A stretch of 64,000 nt of DNA, taken from positions 164,033-228,032 of the forward strand of contig CAWAAX010000009.1 in assembly GCA_963780225.1 (NCBI GenBank), written 5' to 3'. This stretch comes from an uncultured bacterium (GTDB lineage: Bacteria > Edwardsbacteria > AC1 > EtOH8). The translations under genes and the position numbers were made by a program. This document shows, in pieces, positions 49,257 to 59,245 of the stretch. Position 1 is the stretch's first letter. Each line of letters opens with the position of its first letter. The notes beneath the pieces were generated by a model. It saw only the letters and a list, made by a program, of their open reading frames with translations, ran no database searches and was not told the origin of the DNA.

Positions 49257-51341
49257 TTGAAAACCTACACTGCCGAAAAGATCCACAACTTAGTGCTGGC
49301 CGGTCATGGCGGCTGCGGAAAAACAACTTTGGCCGAGGCTTTGATGCATCTGGTCCGGCCGGTCGAGCGGCTGGGCCGGGTGGACGACGGCAATACCATG
49401 TTCGACTTCGATCCCGATGAGGTGACCCGCAAGATCTCCATTTCCTCGGCCCTGGCGGCCTGCGAATACGGGGACCACAAGATCAACATCATAGACACTC
49501 CGGGCTACGCCGACTTCGCTGGCGAGGTCAAGGCCGGCCTGAGGGTGGCCGACTGCGCCGTGATAGTGGCCCAGGCGGTATCCGGCATAGAGGTGGGCAC
49601 CGATAAGACCTGGAAATACGCCGACGAGATGAACCTGCCCCGGGCCCTGTTCATCACCCGGATCAAAAAAGAGCATTCCGATTTTTACCGGACACTGGAA
49701 CAGGCCCAGGACATGTTCGGCAACCACCTGACCGCCATGACCCTGCCCTGGGGCGAGCAGGCCGGCCTTAAAGGGGTGATAGACCTGACCCGGATGAAGG
49801 CCTGGTCCGAGGAGAACGGCAAATCCACCGAGGCCGAGATACCGGCCGAGCTGGCCGACAAGGCCAAGAAGTTCCGGGAACGGCTGGTGGAATCCGCCGC
49901 CGAGACCGACGACGCCCTGATGGAAAAATACCTCAGCGGCGAGCCCCTAAGCGAGGCCGAGATCGCCAACGGTTTGAAGACCGGCATCGCCAGCCAGAAG
50001 ATAGTGCCGGTGTTCGCCGGCGACGGATATTTTGAAATAGGCATAAAAGCCTTCGCCTCCATCGTCAACATCTCCTTTCCCTCGGCCGCCAACATCAAAA
50101 CGGTCAGCGCGGTCAAGGCCGGAACCGACGAGCAGGTGGAGATCAAATGCGACCCGGCCGGGCAGCCCCTGGCCTTCATGTTCAAGACCTCGATAGAGCC
50201 CCACGCCGGCAACCTGAACTTCTTCCGGGTCTATTCCGGGTCCATTGAAACCGGCACCGAGCTTTACAACTGCTCCCGGAGCAAGGCCGAGAAATTCGGC
50301 CAGCTGTTCTATCCCCTGGGCAAGGAGCGGGCCGACGCCACCAAGATAGGCACCGGCGACATCGGGATCGCGGTCAAGCTCAAGGACTCCGGCACCGGCG
50401 ACACCATCGGCCAAAAGGCCCACCCGGTGATCCTGCCGGCCATCATCCAGCCCAAAGCCTCCATCTCCATCGCGGTGGAGCCCAAATCCAAGGACGACGA
50501 AGGCAAGCTGACCACCGGCCTCTCCAAGATCCGGGACGAGGACCCCACTTTCACCTACGGCTTCGTGCCCGAGATCAGGCAGACCCTGATCAACGGCCTG
50601 GGCGAGTTGCACCTGGACCTGATGGTGGGCCGCCTAAAGCGGAAGTACAACGTGGAGGTCAACCTGCTCAAGCCCAGGATACCATACCGCGAGACCATCA
50701 CCAAGAAGGTGGAGCATTCCGAATACAAGCACAAGAAGCAGACTGGAGGGCACGGCCAGTACGGGCACGTGGTGCTGCGGCTGGAGCCCATGCCCCGCGG
50801 CTCGGGCTTTGAATTCGTGGACGCCATCGTGGGCGGGGTGGTCCCCAACAACTTCATCCCCTCGGTGGAAAAGGGGGTGCGGGCGGCCATGAACGAAGGC
50901 GCGGTGGCCGGCTATCACATCGTGGATGTCAAAGCCACCTTGCACTTCGGGTCCTACCATCCGGTGGACTCGGCCGGGACCAGCTTCGAGATCGCGGCGG
51001 TCCACGCCCTTAAGCAGGGCGTGCTGGACGCCAGCCCGGTGCTGTTGGAGCCGGTGATGAAGCTGGAGGTGACCGCCCCCGAGGAATTCGCCGGCCAGGT
51101 GATGGGCGACCTCAACTCCCGGCGGGGCCGGATCCAGGGGATGGAATCGGCCAAGGGAATGCAGGTGGTGAAGGCCACCGTGCCCCAGGGCGAGATGTAC
51201 AAGTATTCCACCGCCCTGCGCTCCATGACCCAGGGCCGGGGCAGTTTTGAGATGGAGTTCTCGCATTACGAGGACGTGCCCTACGAGACCACCCAGAAGA
51301 TCATAGCCGAGGCCCAGAAGGAGAAAGAGGAGAAGAAGTAA
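49257..51341 (+). CDS. fusA: Elongation factor G paralogue (EF-G2-like)
   Basis: GHGGCGKTT, DTPGY, GLGELHL, PYRETI, KQTGGHGQYG, GDLNSRRG, LRSMTQGRG; not linked to rpsL/rpsG/tuf. Confidence 0.92.
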   Translation: MKTYTAEKIHNLVLAGHGGCGKTTLAEALMHLVRPVERLGRVDDGNTMFDFDPDEVTRKISISSALAACEYGDHKINIIDTPGYADFAGEVKAGLRVADCAVIVAQAVSGIEVGTDKTWKYADEMNLPRALFITRIKKEHSDFYRTLEQAQDMFGNHLTAMTLPWGEQAGLKGVIDLTRMKAWSEENGKSTEAEIPAELADKAKKFRERLVESAAETDDALMEKYLSGEPLSEAEIANGLKTGIASQKIVPVFAGDGYFEIGIKAFASIVNISFPSAANIKTVSAVKAGTDEQVEIKCDPAGQPLAFMFKTSIEPHAGNLNFFRVYSGSIETGTELYNCSRSKAEKFGQLFYPLGKERADATKIGTGDIGIAVKLKDSGTGDTIGQKAHPVILPAIIQPKASISIAVEPKSKDDEGKLTTGLSKIRDEDPTFTYGFVPEIRQTLINGLGELHLDLMVGRLKRKYNVEVNLLKPRIPYRETITKKVEHSEYKHKKQTGGHGQYGHVVLRLEPMPRGSGFEFVDAIVGGVVPNNFIPSVEKGVRAAMNEGAVAGYHIVDVKATLHFGSYHPVDSAGTSFEIAAVHALKQGVLDASPVLLEPVMKLEVTAPEEFAGQVMGDLNSRRGRIQGMESAKGMQVVKATVPQGEMYKYSTALRSMTQGRGSFEMEFSHYEDVPYETTQKIIAEAQKEKEEKK

Positions 51342-51480
51342 CCTTTGCCACCTGGGTTAAATTAGCCACAGAAAGCATGCACTGAGCTTGCCGAATGTGC
51401 ACAAAAACACAAAGGGGTTAATACTTCCGGAACCAATACCATTAGGGACATAGCGCGATATGTCTCTACAATATCCAGGA

Positions 51481-51520
51481 AACAAAACCCCGGTCTTTAA
51501 AAAGACCGGGGTTTTTGTTT
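51481..51520 (+). terminator. Bidirectional Rho-independent terminator
   Basis: AACAAAACCCCGGTCTTT-AA-AAAGACCGGGGTTTTTGTT. Confidence 0.85.
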
Positions 51521-51541
51521 GGATAAAAAAATAAAAATGTA

Positions 51542-51570
51542 TTGACCAAAAATCCTATTTATGGTAAATT
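51542..51570 (+). promoter_or_regulatory. sigma70 promoter
   Basis: TTGACC-17-TAAATT with extended TG. Confidence 0.55.
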
Positions 51571-51722
51571 GATAGTCTATATTTACCCCAATAATAGCCC
51601 TTTTGTGTCCCTTCGGCTCGGACTTCGGCTATCTCAGTCTGGCAGACTTCAACACACTCAGTCCGGCGGCTCAGGGCAAGCTCTGTGTCCCTTCGGCAAA
51701 AATAAATAAAACCTTTTAAAAA

Positions 51723-53405
51723 ATGCCTTCCGAAAACGAGAATACTCAACCCAAAAAAATCATGGTCATTATGCCCGACGGCAAGGTAATCGAGCCCGCC
51801 GGAAAGAAGATCATGGTGATAATGCCCGACGGCCGGGTGATGGAGCCCTCCATCATCATGACCATCGACGATCTGCGGGACAAGCAAAAAACCGTGTTCC
51901 GGATGTTCGGGGGCAGTCCCCAGATGATCATGAGCGCCAAAGAAGCTCTGATGGTGGATCTCTCCGAAGTACTCAAGGAATCCTTTGGCGACAAGCTGGA
52001 GGTGGTGGGCCAGTACAAGACAGACATCCTGGTCTACTACGCCCCCAACGCTTTCTCCGGAGACAAACAGAAAGCCATTGCCGTGGCCAACCAGGTCTAC
52101 GCCGACCGGTTGAAGCAGCTGGAGGTGGAGCGGCGGGATCACATGGCGGCCATCTCCCGGTTGAAAGCCCTTTATGAAAAGGAACGGGGAAAATCGGTGC
52201 AATTTGCCAACATGGCCAACCAATTCCGGCTGCAGACCCTTTCGGACAAGGATAAGGAACAATTAGTGACCCAGGCCCGCAGTGAAGCCCTGGAGATGGT
52301 GGAAGAGGCCGTCAAGTCTATCGAAGCCGAGAAGGCCGACCTAGAACGCACCCTGGAACAGCTGGCCCTGCAGCTTTCCGACACCATCACCATAGCCCAG
52401 CATTCCGACGAGATGGAGCGCCTGAAACAAGAGTACGACGGCGTCAATAAACGGGCGATGCAGGTGCGCTCAGTAGCTGACCTTGACGATCTGTCTTTGG
52501 AACAACAGCAGGAAGACCTCCGGCGCCTTCACAAATTGTCCGATTCAAAAGGCGAGGAAAGACTGTTCGACCTGGCCCAGGTGCTGAAGCCGGGCCAGGA
52601 TCAGCAGGGATTAAAAGAGGGAAGTCATGTGCTGGTGCGCTACCAGCCAGAGGAAGAGGTGGGTTTTTTCATTGGCCGGCTTTTCTTCAACGACACCAAG
52701 GACTACGTTTGTTTAGGCCAGGGTTTTGAAATAACCTCCAGCGTTTACAAAGGCAAGGCCAAGGGCGAGATACCAAGCGATGAAGAGGTGCTGGGGATCA
52801 TAGGAAAGAATCCTCTCCATGTCCAGATATACTTAGAGGCGGTCAGAAACTCCTCCATCCAGACGGTGCAGTTCTGGCTCCACGACCTCAAGGCAGGCCA
52901 GCTACTGGAGATTCAATCCATAGACCAGATAATCGGTGACTTGCTGGAATCCCAGATGCATATCGCCCACCAGCGGACCTACGAACAGGGACCAACCGAG
53001 ACGGGGTGCGGAGCGGAAGAATCCATCCTGAAAAAGCAAGCTATGGTGGATGAGGAGATGCAGGCGGTCAAAAGGCTGATAGTAACGCCCCTGGCTTCCA
53101 AATATGTGCCCGATGAGATGGAATGGCGCAAAAAAGAAGCACTGGCCCGCGATAAGTTCCAGAAGGAGATCGCTTACCGGGAATTGAAAAAATTAAAGGA
53201 TAAGAAACGGTCCGAAGTCCAGGCCATTTATGAAACGGTCAGCCGGCTTATATTTGACGAGGAGATGGTGGGCAAGTCCAATGTCAACCTCAAAAAATAT
53301 CCGCCCCAGATCATGGCCCTGCGGGAGAAGATCAGCGACCGGGTGGGTGAGCGGATCAAGCACGACGCCGGGATGCTGAAAAAACTGCTGGAGGAGATAG
53401 AGTGA
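51723..53405 (+). CDS. Hypothetical coiled-coil protein
   Basis: 560 aa, host-like codon usage; tandem KKIMVIMPDG repeat at N-terminus; long E/K/Q/L-rich helices. Confidence 0.8.
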   Translation: MPSENENTQPKKIMVIMPDGKVIEPAGKKIMVIMPDGRVMEPSIIMTIDDLRDKQKTVFRMFGGSPQMIMSAKEALMVDLSEVLKESFGDKLEVVGQYKTDILVYYAPNAFSGDKQKAIAVANQVYADRLKQLEVERRDHMAAISRLKALYEKERGKSVQFANMANQFRLQTLSDKDKEQLVTQARSEALEMVEEAVKSIEAEKADLERTLEQLALQLSDTITIAQHSDEMERLKQEYDGVNKRAMQVRSVADLDDLSLEQQQEDLRRLHKLSDSKGEERLFDLAQVLKPGQDQQGLKEGSHVLVRYQPEEEVGFFIGRLFFNDTKDYVCLGQGFEITSSVYKGKAKGEIPSDEEVLGIIGKNPLHVQIYLEAVRNSSIQTVQFWLHDLKAGQLLEIQSIDQIIGDLLESQMHIAHQRTYEQGPTETGCGAEESILKKQAMVDEEMQAVKRLIVTPLASKYVPDEMEWRKKEALARDKFQKEIAYRELKKLKDKKRSEVQAIYETVSRLIFDEEMVGKSNVNLKKYPPQIMALREKISDRVGERIKHDAGMLKKLLEEIE

Positions 53406-53531
53406 AACAAATAAATGGGAAATAGGAAATAACTTAATAGGAAGCTAAGCAAGTTGCTATTCTAAGGATGACACTTAGAAAATGGTGAAGCAATAAATAA
53501 ACAAACGGAAAGTGAACAAGGGAGGAGTCAT

Positions 53532-54086
53532 ATGTCAAAAAAAGCATTGTCAGCAATATTAATTTTACTGACCGCCGGCAACCTGGCGCTGGCTGGCAAG
53601 AAGGACGTCAAACCTCCTGTAAAGACCGAACAAGAGCCGGAGGCAGCGGTTTCCACCGGGATATACAAATACCTGCCAGAAGAGTCCGGCCAGCAGGCTT
53701 CGTTCACCAAGGCCGATTACATCGCGCTTAAACTGACCTCCTACAACAGCCGGGCCCAGGGCATCAGCGCCAGGCTGATCTGCAATTCCCTGCAATGCTT
53801 TGCCTGGCCGGATTCGCTGGTGATCAACGCCTACATAGACCTGCAGGAAAAGGAAAGAGCCAGCTATCTGGGCGCCGGAAAATTCAGCTACCCTCAGGCC
53901 GACCTGAAAAACATGATGCAGGAAACTGTCAATTACGTCCAGAAGACCGCCCATCTCTATTTTGACAACCTGAACGACAAGTATCTGGTGATCAACCTGT
54001 ACATGAAGGGCAACCAGCTAGCCGGATGGAAGGATTTCAACCTGAATATGAAGGCCGAAGGGAAGAAGGAAGCGACTAAAGACTGA
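53532..54086 (+). CDS. Hypothetical exported protein
   Basis: RBS GGAGGAG, signal peptide (ALA|G). Confidence 0.8.
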   Translation: MSKKALSAILILLTAGNLALAGKKDVKPPVKTEQEPEAAVSTGIYKYLPEESGQQASFTKADYIALKLTSYNSRAQGISARLICNSLQCFAWPDSLVINAYIDLQEKERASYLGAGKFSYPQADLKNMMQETVNYVQKTAHLYFDNLNDKYLVINLYMKGNQLAGWKDFNLNMKAEGKKEATKD

Positions 54087-54204
54087 GGAGCTATTAGCTG
54101 TAAGCTCTAAGCCATAAGCTGTAAGCATTCCATGGTATTCAGTATTCAGTATTCTGTATTCAATGTATTCGTACTTCCTTGACATTTACTGCAACAGTAG
54201 GATA

Positions 54205-54426
54205 TTGATAAATAATTGGCAGACCATAAAGCGCCGCAAGATATACCAGAATCCCTGGATTGCCATCCGGAAGGCCTTGGTATCCTATGCTTCTAAAATC
54301 GATAGGAAAAGCAAGATGTGGAAACTATTTGATTATAAAAAAGCCCTGCTTAATGGTGTTATCCGGGACGGTATGGCCATCGCCTGCGTCTGCAGGGCGC
54401 TGATGGCCGCAGGGATGATATTATGA
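54205..54426 (+). pseudogene. Probable internally deleted Nudix hydrolase remnant
   Basis: WQTIKRRKIYQNPWIAIR and ALLNGVIRDGMAIA resemble the two ends of ADP-ribose pyrophosphatases; no Nudix box between them. Confidence 0.5.
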
Positions 54427-55064
54427 AACCCAACATCTATCAAACAGTGGTGGCCAAGGGGCTGGTGGAGACCAACTGTTACATCGCAGCCTGCCCCGAG
54501 ACCAAGGAAGCGGCGGTGATAGACCCCGGAGCCTTCAGTCCCAAGGAGGTCCAGACAATATTGGACATAATAAAACAGCATGGGCTTTCGGTAAAGTACA
54601 TTATCAACACCCACGGACATATAGACCACATCGCCGGCAACCGGGCCCTGCTCAAGGAGACCGGGGCCAAGCTGTGCATCCATGCCGACGATGCGGACAT
54701 GCTGACCTCGGCCAGGCAGAACGGTTCGGAGATGTTCGGAATGGACATAGTCTCCCCGCCGCCCGACCGGCTGTTGAGCGACGGGGACGTGATAATGCTG
54801 GGCCGGCTGGAAATGAAGGTATTGCACACCCCGGGCCATACCCCCGGTGGCATCGGCCTTTTGGTGGACGGGACGCTTTTCTCCGGAGATACCCTGTTCG
54901 CCGGCTCGGTGGGCCGCACCGACCTGCCGGGCGGCAGCGAGACGGAGATAATCAGGTCCATCAAGGAAAAACTGATGGTCCTGCCAGATGACACATCGGT
55001 CCGGCCGGGCCACGGACCCAGGACCACCATCGGGGCAGAGCGGGAGGAGAACCCGTTCCTTTGA
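54423..55064 (+). CDS. MBL-fold metallo-hydrolase (glyoxalase II-like)
   Basis: TNCY, IDPG, THGHIDHIAG, HTPGHTPG, FSGDTLF, GRTDLPGG, PGHG, ENPFL. Confidence 0.95.
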   Translation: MKPNIYQTVVAKGLVETNCYIAACPETKEAAVIDPGAFSPKEVQTILDIIKQHGLSVKYIINTHGHIDHIAGNRALLKETGAKLCIHADDADMLTSARQNGSEMFGMDIVSPPPDRLLSDGDVIMLGRLEMKVLHTPGHTPGGIGLLVDGTLFSGDTLFAGSVGRTDLPGGSETEIIRSIKEKLMVLPDDTSVRPGHGPRTTIGAEREENPFL

Positions 55065-55086
55065 TTCCTGACGCAGAAGCACAGAA

Positions 55087-55315
55087 GGTGTCTTCGATAA
55101 AACCGCCCGAGGTGGTCACTCAGACACCTTAAGGCAGGAAGTCAGAGGTATAACCGCCTGAGGCGGCCACTCAGACACCTATGGCGCAATCCGGTGGTTG
55201 AGTGTTACGAGTCGGTGTCTTCGATAAAACCGCCTGAGGCGGCCACTCAGACACCTATGACATAATCCGGTGGTTGAGTGTTCCGAACTTGTGAGGAATG
55301 TATCGAAACCACCGG
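55087..55315. repeat. BIME-like cluster of REP-type palindromes
   Basis: GGTGTCTTCGATAAAACCGCCYGAGGYGGYCACTCAGACACC at 55087 and 55214, partial copy at 55152; opposite-orientation relative CCGGTGGTTGAGTG...TATCGAAACCACCGG at 55267-55315. Confidence 0.85.
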
Positions 55316-55350
55316 GTTGGTAGTGGCAAAATAGTATTAAGGAGAAATAA

Positions 55351-56562
55351 ATGAAAAAACTTAATATCCGCGATCTGGAGCTTAAGGGCAAGCGGGTGCT
55401 GGTCCGGGTGGACTTCAACGTTCCCCAGGACAAGAAGACCTTTGCCATAAAGGACGACTCCCGGATCGTGGGGGCACTGCCCACCATAAATTATCTGATA
55501 GACCACGGGGCAAAAGTCATCCTGATGTCCCACCTGGGGCGGCCCGAGGGCCAGGTCAACCCCCAGTTCACGCTGAAGCCGGTGGCCGACAAGCTTTCTG
55601 AATTGCTCAAGAAGCCTGTCCAATTCGCAGTTGACTGCATCGGCCCCGGGACACTGAAGCAGTCCCAAGAACTGAAGGAGGGGCAGGTCCTGCTGCTGGA
55701 GAACCTGCGCTTCCATGCCGAGGAGGAGAAGAACGACCCGGCTTTTGCTAAACAGCTGGCGGAGCTGGGGGAAATATATGTCAACGATGCCTTTGGGACG
55801 GCCCACCGGGCGCATGCCTCCACCGAGGGTGTTACCAAATATTTCAAACAGAATGCCGCCGGGTTCCTGATGGAAAACGAGATCGACTACCTTTCGGCCG
55901 TGCTGGAAAAACCCATGCATCCCTTCGTAGCCATCCTGGGCGGGGCCAAGGTCTCCGATAAGATCGCGGTGATAGAGAACCTGATCCCCAAGGCCGAATC
56001 CATCCTGATCGGCGGGGCCATGGCCTATACCTTCCTGCTGGCTCAGGGTAAAGAGGTCGGTTCTTCTCTGGTGGAAAAAGATAAGCTGGAGACGGCCAAG
56101 GAGATCCTGGAGAAATCCAAGGGAATAAAATTCCTTCTGCCATCGGATCATATCGCGGCCGAGAAGAAAGAGGGAGCGCCCGACAAGAAAGGCAAGCCGA
56201 CCTTCAGCTTCGTCAATCCCAAGGTGGTCACGGAAATCCCGGCCGGCATGGCCGGGGTGGATATCGGCCCCAAGACGATTGCGGAATATTCCAAAGTCAT
56301 TGCCGGGGCCAAGACCGTAGTCTGGAACGGCCCGATGGGCATCTTCGAGAACCCCGAATACGCCAAGGGGACATTCGAGATCGCCAAGGCGGTGGCGGCC
56401 ACCGGGGCCAAATCCATCGTGGGCGGTGGTGATTCGGCTTCGGCCGTGCACCTTTCCGGGGTGGCGGACAAGATATCACACATCTCCACCGGGGGCGGGG
56501 CATCGCTGGAGTTCCTGGAGGGGAAAGTGCTTCCCGGCGTGGCGGCGTTGACGGACAAATAG
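55351..56562 (+). CDS. pgk: Phosphoglycerate kinase
   Basis: [52 protein letters not shown]. Confidence 0.99.
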   Translation: MKKLNIRDLELKGKRVLVRVDFNVPQDKKTFAIKDDSRIVGALPTINYLIDHGAKVILMSHLGRPEGQVNPQFTLKPVADKLSELLKKPVQFAVDCIGPGTLKQSQELKEGQVLLLENLRFHAEEEKNDPAFAKQLAELGEIYVNDAFGTAHRAHASTEGVTKYFKQNAAGFLMENEIDYLSAVLEKPMHPFVAILGGAKVSDKIAVIENLIPKAESILIGGAMAYTFLLAQGKEVGSSLVEKDKLETAKEILEKSKGIKFLLPSDHIAAEKKEGAPDKKGKPTFSFVNPKVVTEIPAGMAGVDIGPKTIAEYSKVIAGAKTVVWNGPMGIFENPEYAKGTFEIAKAVAATGAKSIVGGGDSASAVHLSGVADKISHISTGGGASLEFLEGKVLPGVAALTDK

Positions 56563-56582
56563 TTTTGGATTTCCTTGCCATA

Positions 56583-56722
56583 TGTCATTCTGAGTAGGGC
56601 CTCATGGTTGTCCCGCGAAGAATCTATAATTGACTCTTCGGTTTGCAAATCAAGGAGCCGTCCCTTCGACATTGTATTCAGCAGGCCCAGCCGGGCCGCT
56701 CAGGGCAAGTCTCAGTGTAACA
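56583..56722. repeat. Nested REP-like palindromic element
   Basis: Outer TGTCATTCTGAG...CGAAGAATCT / GACTCTTCG...CTCAGTGTAACA with an inner CCCTTCGAC...GCTCAGGGCAAG unit. Confidence 0.6.
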
Positions 56723-56803
56723 AAGTTGGCCAGGCACGATAACATCATTTAGTTAAACCCGTGTAATTAACCCACATTAATTTTAACGGAGGTATCATCC
56801 AAC

Positions 56804-57523
56804 ATGAAGAAAACACTGCTCATCCTAACTGTCCTGGCCATAGCCGCCTCAGCTTACGCGGTTGATGCATCCAAGGGAACAGAACAAGGCGACAAGGCTC
56901 TGCTGTTCAATGCGGCCTTCTTCAACGCTGGCCTGTACAATGGCGGTTTCGGAATGAAGTACTATCTTGCCCCCGGCCTGGCCCTGCGCCCGGCACTCAC
57001 CATTGGCATTACAAGCTCGACCACCAAACGAGATCCTGATACGTTGAATTATGCGCCTTGGGATAGGACTTTTGGTGACGAGGTTAATAAATCTACCAAT
57101 TTCGGCTTTCAACTGGCCATAGAGAAGGTTTTAGTAACAAAGGGTTCGGTCAACTTTCACGCCGTCGCTGGAGCTGGTTTCGGGATGGGTTCAACCGCTT
57201 ACGATTATACCTACACTGATGTAAATACGGCTACAAACACAACTCGAATAAGAACATGGAAAACCGAAGGTAGCAATACGAATTTTGGAGGTGGCATCGG
57301 GCTAGGTGCCGAGTGGTTCCTAAATGAGGCCATAAGTCTGGGTGCAGAGTATCAACTGGGAATTGACATGACCAGTGAAGGGAAGGATGAATCGTCCTTC
57401 ACCGAGTCGACAATCGTAGGAACTACCACTACCACTACGATCACCAATACAAAGAATCCCCTGACCAGCACTATGGATTTTGGCTTTCAAACCATAGGGT
57501 TGACACTGGGAATCAGATTCTAA
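56804..57523 (+). CDS. Outer-membrane beta-barrel protein
   Basis: Signal peptide, amphipathic strands (GLGAEWFL, ISLGAEY), C-terminal LGIRF. Confidence 0.85.
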   Translation: MKKTLLILTVLAIAASAYAVDASKGTEQGDKALLFNAAFFNAGLYNGGFGMKYYLAPGLALRPALTIGITSSTTKRDPDTLNYAPWDRTFGDEVNKSTNFGFQLAIEKVLVTKGSVNFHAVAGAGFGMGSTAYDYTYTDVNTATNTTRIRTWKTEGSNTNFGGGIGLGAEWFLNEAISLGAEYQLGIDMTSEGKDESSFTESTIVGTTTTTTITNTKNPLTSTMDFGFQTIGLTLGIRF

Positions 57524-57545
57524 TAAGCTTTCAAATGTTTCGGTC

Positions 57546-57576
57546 AAAAGGGCGCCGGATAAGGGTGCCCTTTTTT
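57546..57576 (+). terminator. Rho-independent terminator
   Basis: AAAAGGGCGCC...GGTGCCC followed by T6. Confidence 0.8.
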
Positions 57577-57644
57577 ATTGCCCGATCGGCAGTTTTTGCA
57601 TCTTTTTGAACAGTAAAAAAAGTAAAATAAATGTTAATTAATTA

Positions 57645-57674
57645 TTGACAAACCACAATATGTTGTGGTATCTT
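57645..57674 (+). promoter_or_regulatory. sigma70 promoter with palindromic operator (NrdR-box-like) in the spacer
   Basis: TTGACA-18-TATCTT; ACCACAATATGTTGTGGT at 57652-57669. Confidence 0.7.
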
Positions 57675-57726
57675 TATCGTAATTAACTAGATAACCCATC
57701 AACATAATTAAGGAGGTTTCAACCAA

Positions 57727-59066
57727 ATGAAGAGAACATTAATTGTTCTGGCTCTAATGGCAATCATGTTCGGCATGGCCGCCGCCACCGAGACCCGGGT
57801 GGCCACATTCGGGCCGGCCTCGACCTTCATTGACGACTACACCGACATCTATTTCCTCCCGGCCGCCGCCTTGTCCTATCCCCGGTTGATCGCCGCCGAA
57901 ATGGGAGCCAGTTTCCCGGTCGTTGGCGACTACGGTTGGTCCCAAGGTTCTGCCGCAGTGCTGTTCTCCAACGCCGAGCAGACCTACGGCGTGGTGGGGC
58001 TGGACATCAACCACGAGATACTGGGCGCGGAGTTCTTCAACGGCGCCATCAATGCCATCAATACCTCCAATGCCTTTCCTGCTATTGCCCCGGGATGGGG
58101 AGGTTACGACCTGGTGATCCCGCTCCGGACAATCGTTTCCATGTGTTCTATGCCCGCAAGATGGATAAACTGAACCTGGGTCTGCACATAGGCTGGGCCG
58201 GGTCTTCAGATTCCTATGACTTCAGTGATACCATTACCGCCACCCCCACGATTAAAGGCGAAGGTTCCTCCAGCATTTGGGACATCAACGGCAACGTGTC
58301 CATGGATGTCAACGAGAACACCAGCGCCGACCTGGCCTTCTCCCTTAAGTTGCAGAGCTTCTCCAGCAAGTACGATTACACCTGGCCCACCCCGCCCCAG
58401 GACGGAGCCTCCATCGAATCTGACGGCGGCATGGGGATGGACTTTGGCCTGCGCGCCAGCTACGGCATGTCCGACAACTTCTCGCTGATTCCGGTGATCG
58501 GCATCAGCATGAACTCGGTGGCCTACAAGACCTCCTATGTTGACACCACCTTTCACCCCGAGGGCGGCAAGACCAGCAGCTTTGAATTCGGCGGAGCCTT
58601 TGGCGGCAACTACAAGCCGGCCGAGAACGTTACCATCGTGGGCGGACTGCTGGTCAGCTCCTACAAGGAGACCATCGAGGACACCATGGGGGTGTTTGGA
58701 ATGGGAGTCAACACCGAAGAGAACAGCACGTTCACCTTCCCCGGATTCTGCGCTGGTTTGGAAGTTGATCTTTTGAAGTGGCTGACCCTGCGGGCTGGCG
58801 CCGCCAAGCTGCTCCAGAGCAATTCCAGCAAGTACGAGACCACCGCCGAAACCACGGAATCTTCATACACCTCGGCTCCTTACTTCTATGCTTTCGGCTT
58901 GGGCTTCAAGTTCGGCAAACTGGCGATGGATGTAAAACTGAACAACAATACCCCGTATTCATTGGGTTATTTCATGAGCGGCATCAATAATGACGGCGAT
59001 GTATTAGACGGAACCCTTACATACTCCGAGCCCATCACTTCAATTGGCATGACCTACACCTTCTAA
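57727..59066 (+). pseudogene. Outer-membrane porin-like beta-barrel, frameshifted near 58119-58121
   Basis: Strong RBS, signal peptide in frame 1 (57727); barrel strands and C-terminal YTF in frame ending 59066; adding one C to ATCCCG joins them (LVIPAPDNRFHVFY); may be a sequencing error. Confidence 0.8.
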
Positions 59067-59083
59067 TTCCTGACAACTTGTTC

Positions 59084-59120
59084 AAAACGGCCCCGGCTTT
59101 GCCGGGGCCGTTTTCTTTTT
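59084..59120 (+). terminator. Rho-independent terminator
   Basis: AAAACGGCCCCGGC-TTT-GCCGGGGCCGTTTT then T-tract. Confidence 0.9.
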
Positions 59121-59123
59121 GCC

Positions 59124-59151
59124 TTGCAAAAATTGAAAAATCTGTTATAAT
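59124..59151 (+). promoter_or_regulatory. tRNA promoter
   Basis: TTGCAA-16-TATAAT with extended TG. Confidence 0.7.
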
Positions 59152-59163
59152 TACTTCTTGTGT

Positions 59164-59239
59164 GGGGCTGTAGCTCAATTGGTAGAGCGCCTGCTTTGCA
59201 AGCAGGAAGTAGTCGGTTCGAATCCGATCAGCTCCACCA
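59164..59239 (+). tRNA. tRNA-Ala(UGC)
   Basis: 76 nt; GGGGCTG/CAGCTCC acceptor with G3:U70; CCTGC-TTTGCAA-GCAGG anticodon arm; GGTTCGAATCC; encoded CCA. Confidence 0.97.
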
Positions 59240-59245
59240 TTATTG

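Noticed and set aside
29009..56451. Long minus-strand ORFs (e.g. 29009-29941, 42136-42981, 55255-56451)
   Set aside because: Antisense shadows of well-supported GC-rich + strand genes (ftsI/murE, ftsZ, pgk) with no recognisable motifs.
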